NCBI GenBank assembly: GCA_045106075.1
Contig: JBGCEB010000014.1
Location: 25,842-89,841 of the forward strand
Source of the DNA: Phycisphaerales bacterium
GTDB taxonomy: Bacteria > Planctomycetota > Phycisphaerae > Phycisphaerales > UBA1924
Direction of reading: 5' to 3'
Length of the DNA stretch: 64,000 bases
Below are positions 63,061-64,000 of this stretch, one piece after another; within the stretch, counting starts at the first letter, position 1; each line of letters starts with the position of its first letter. Below the pieces are notes generated by a model that was given only the letters and a program-made list of their open reading frames with translations, did no database searches and was not told the origin of the DNA. The translations under genes were made by a program, and so were the position numbers.

Positions 63061-64000
63061 CTAAAACCTGATCGTGCCTTCGTTCGTTCCTGATTCTGGA
63101 TCTTCTGGCATCGGGCTTTGTTGCACTTGCGTAACTTGGGTGTTGCCGAGTTGGGTCAGACCCTCGATCGACGAGAACATCGCATCGTTGCGTTCTGGAA
63201 GTTCGCAACTGTTGAGGACCTGATCGGCGAGCGCCGCGGCTGACACTTCCTCTTCGACCACGACCAAATCAGCTCCAAGGCGACGCGCCGTGTCGGCCCG
63301 ACGCTGCACACCCACACGAACCGCGATGTGAATATCTGGACGGACAGCCCGGATTGTTCGGACTGCTTCCATCGTCGCATTCGAATCTGGCAGCGTGAGC
63401 ACCACCGCTTCGGCATGTTCTATACCTGCAGATTCGAGCACGTCTGGGTTGGCGACATCGCCGAAGATGACACGCCGACCCAGTGCCTTTTGTTCGCGCA
63501 CGGTCGACGGGTTGAGTTCGACGATCAATGGCACAACCCCCGCCTGTTCGAGTCGATCGACGCAGGCACGCCCGACTGGGCCAAAGCCCGCGATAATCAC
63601 GCTCGCACCGGTACCGACTTGAGCGCCAGTATCATCGCTGATCGATGGATCACGCCGCCATGGCGGATTCCCCATCGCTCTGACCAAGGGCGAAAGCTTT
63701 GGACCAAGCGACAGCATCGCTGGTGTCAATATCAGCGACGCAATCACCACCGCGACGAGCACCGAACCGTGATCGGGTGATATCAAATCCAGTTGATTCG
63801 CAAGTGAAAATACGACAAGAGAAAACTCGCCGGCCTGCGCGAGCGATGCGCCAACGCGACTCGACAGCCCGCCTTCAGCGCCCACCGCCCAAGCGATCCC
63901 GCCGATCACAAATAGCTTGATCAGCATGAGGCCGGCTGTGCCGAGAGGCACGATCCACCACACCGGCATCACCGCATCGAGATTGACTTGGAGTCCAACG
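63061..64000 (-). CDS. Cation:proton antiporter (Kef/CPA2-type) with C-terminal RCK/TrkA-N domain; partial, continues beyond window end
   Basis: C-terminal Rossmann VIIAGFGPVGRACVDRLEQAGVVPLIVELNP...FGDVANPDVLESAGIEHAEAVVLTLPD. Upstream TM segments (...GASLAQAGEFSLVVFSLANQL...) are typical of Na_H_Exchanger. The reading frame is open to position 64000. Confidence 0.8.
   Translation of the reverse strand, partial: VGLQVNLDAVMPVWWIVPLGTAGLMLIKLFVIGGIAWAVGAEGGLSSRVGASLAQAGEFSLVVFSLANQLDLISPDHGSVLVAVVIASLILTPAMLSLGPKLSPLVRAMGNPPWRRDPSISDDTGAQVGTGASVIIAGFGPVGRACVDRLEQAGVVPLIVELNPSTVREQKALGRRVIFGDVANPDVLESAGIEHAEAVVLTLPDSNATMEAVRTIRAVRPDIHIAVRVGVQRRADTARRLGADLVVVEEEVSAAALADQVLNSCELPERNDAMFSSIEGLTQLGNTQVTQVQQSPMPEDPESGTNEGTIRF

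Noticed and set aside
1-64000. Search for CRISPR arrays, rRNA genes, IS elements, transposases, integrases or prophage genes, including next to tRNA-Leu
   Set aside because: No direct-repeat/spacer arrays, rRNA-like stretches, DDE/tyrosine-recombinase-like ORFs or terminal inverted repeats were seen. The only tandem repeat is a 15-nt in-frame coding repeat (24951-24984).

Overview
High-GC bacterial chromosomal segment. PEP-CTERM proteins, a giant secretin, a DUF11 lipoprotein and an extended S16 suggest a Planctomycetota/Phycisphaerae-like organism, but that is only a guess. All calls come from reading the translated ORFs and the DNA by eye; no BLAST or HMM search was run. Many ORF-track starts were trimmed to the first start codon with a Shine-Dalgarno-like purine run and a sensible N-terminus, because the track also opens ORFs at TTG/GTG.

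Layout:
- 1-7.8 kb: surface-polysaccharide genes (GT2, GT1, Tat-signal beta-helix protein, Wzx-like flippase, Wzy/O-antigen-ligase-like protein, RmlC-like cupin, RmlD).
- 7.9-21.5 kb: an exosortase/PEP-CTERM module, all on the minus strand. It holds one PEP-CTERM protein and a tightly coupled operon (nucleotidyltransferase-like, exosortase, EpsI, Wzc-like, priming sugar transferase, 1538-aa TPR protein), followed by a 4'-phosphopantetheinyl transferase and a secreted orphan.
- 21.7-42.9 kb: mostly housekeeping. Haem-sensor MCP, RluD, GS type III, Fur-family regulator, tRNA-Leu(UAA), Bcp, EamA, HldE, ASCH, a small Cys/His-rich secreted protein, L19, S16, an MDR oxidoreductase, two secreted proteins, LpxK, SerS and a GHL10 hydrolase.
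- 42.9-43.9 kb: a short, visibly A/T-richer islet with two orphan ORFs and a perfect 22-nt palindrome.
- 43.9-64 kb: Ogt, two tandem PEP-CTERM paralogues, an MnmE-like GTPase coupled to CoaX, an orphan 1168-aa secretin, a STAS/anti-sigma-kinase pair, IscS-IscU-IscA-ACT, two tandem TlpA-like redoxins, TrxB, a sigma-70 factor, a UVR-motif protein and a partial Kef/RCK antiporter.

No CRISPR array, rRNA, transposase or integrase was seen.

Most interesting leads:
- A PEP-CTERM protein carrying Cys and Gln motifs like those of Gram-positive internal-thioester adhesin domains.
- The non-canonical exosortase operon: degenerate nucleotidyltransferase, Wzc-like protein with no tyrosine tail, giant TPR protein, no OPX/Wza, and an orphan PPTase.
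- The CCG-repeat, His-tailed mini-protein.
- The A/T-rich orphan islet.
- The orphan giant secretin.
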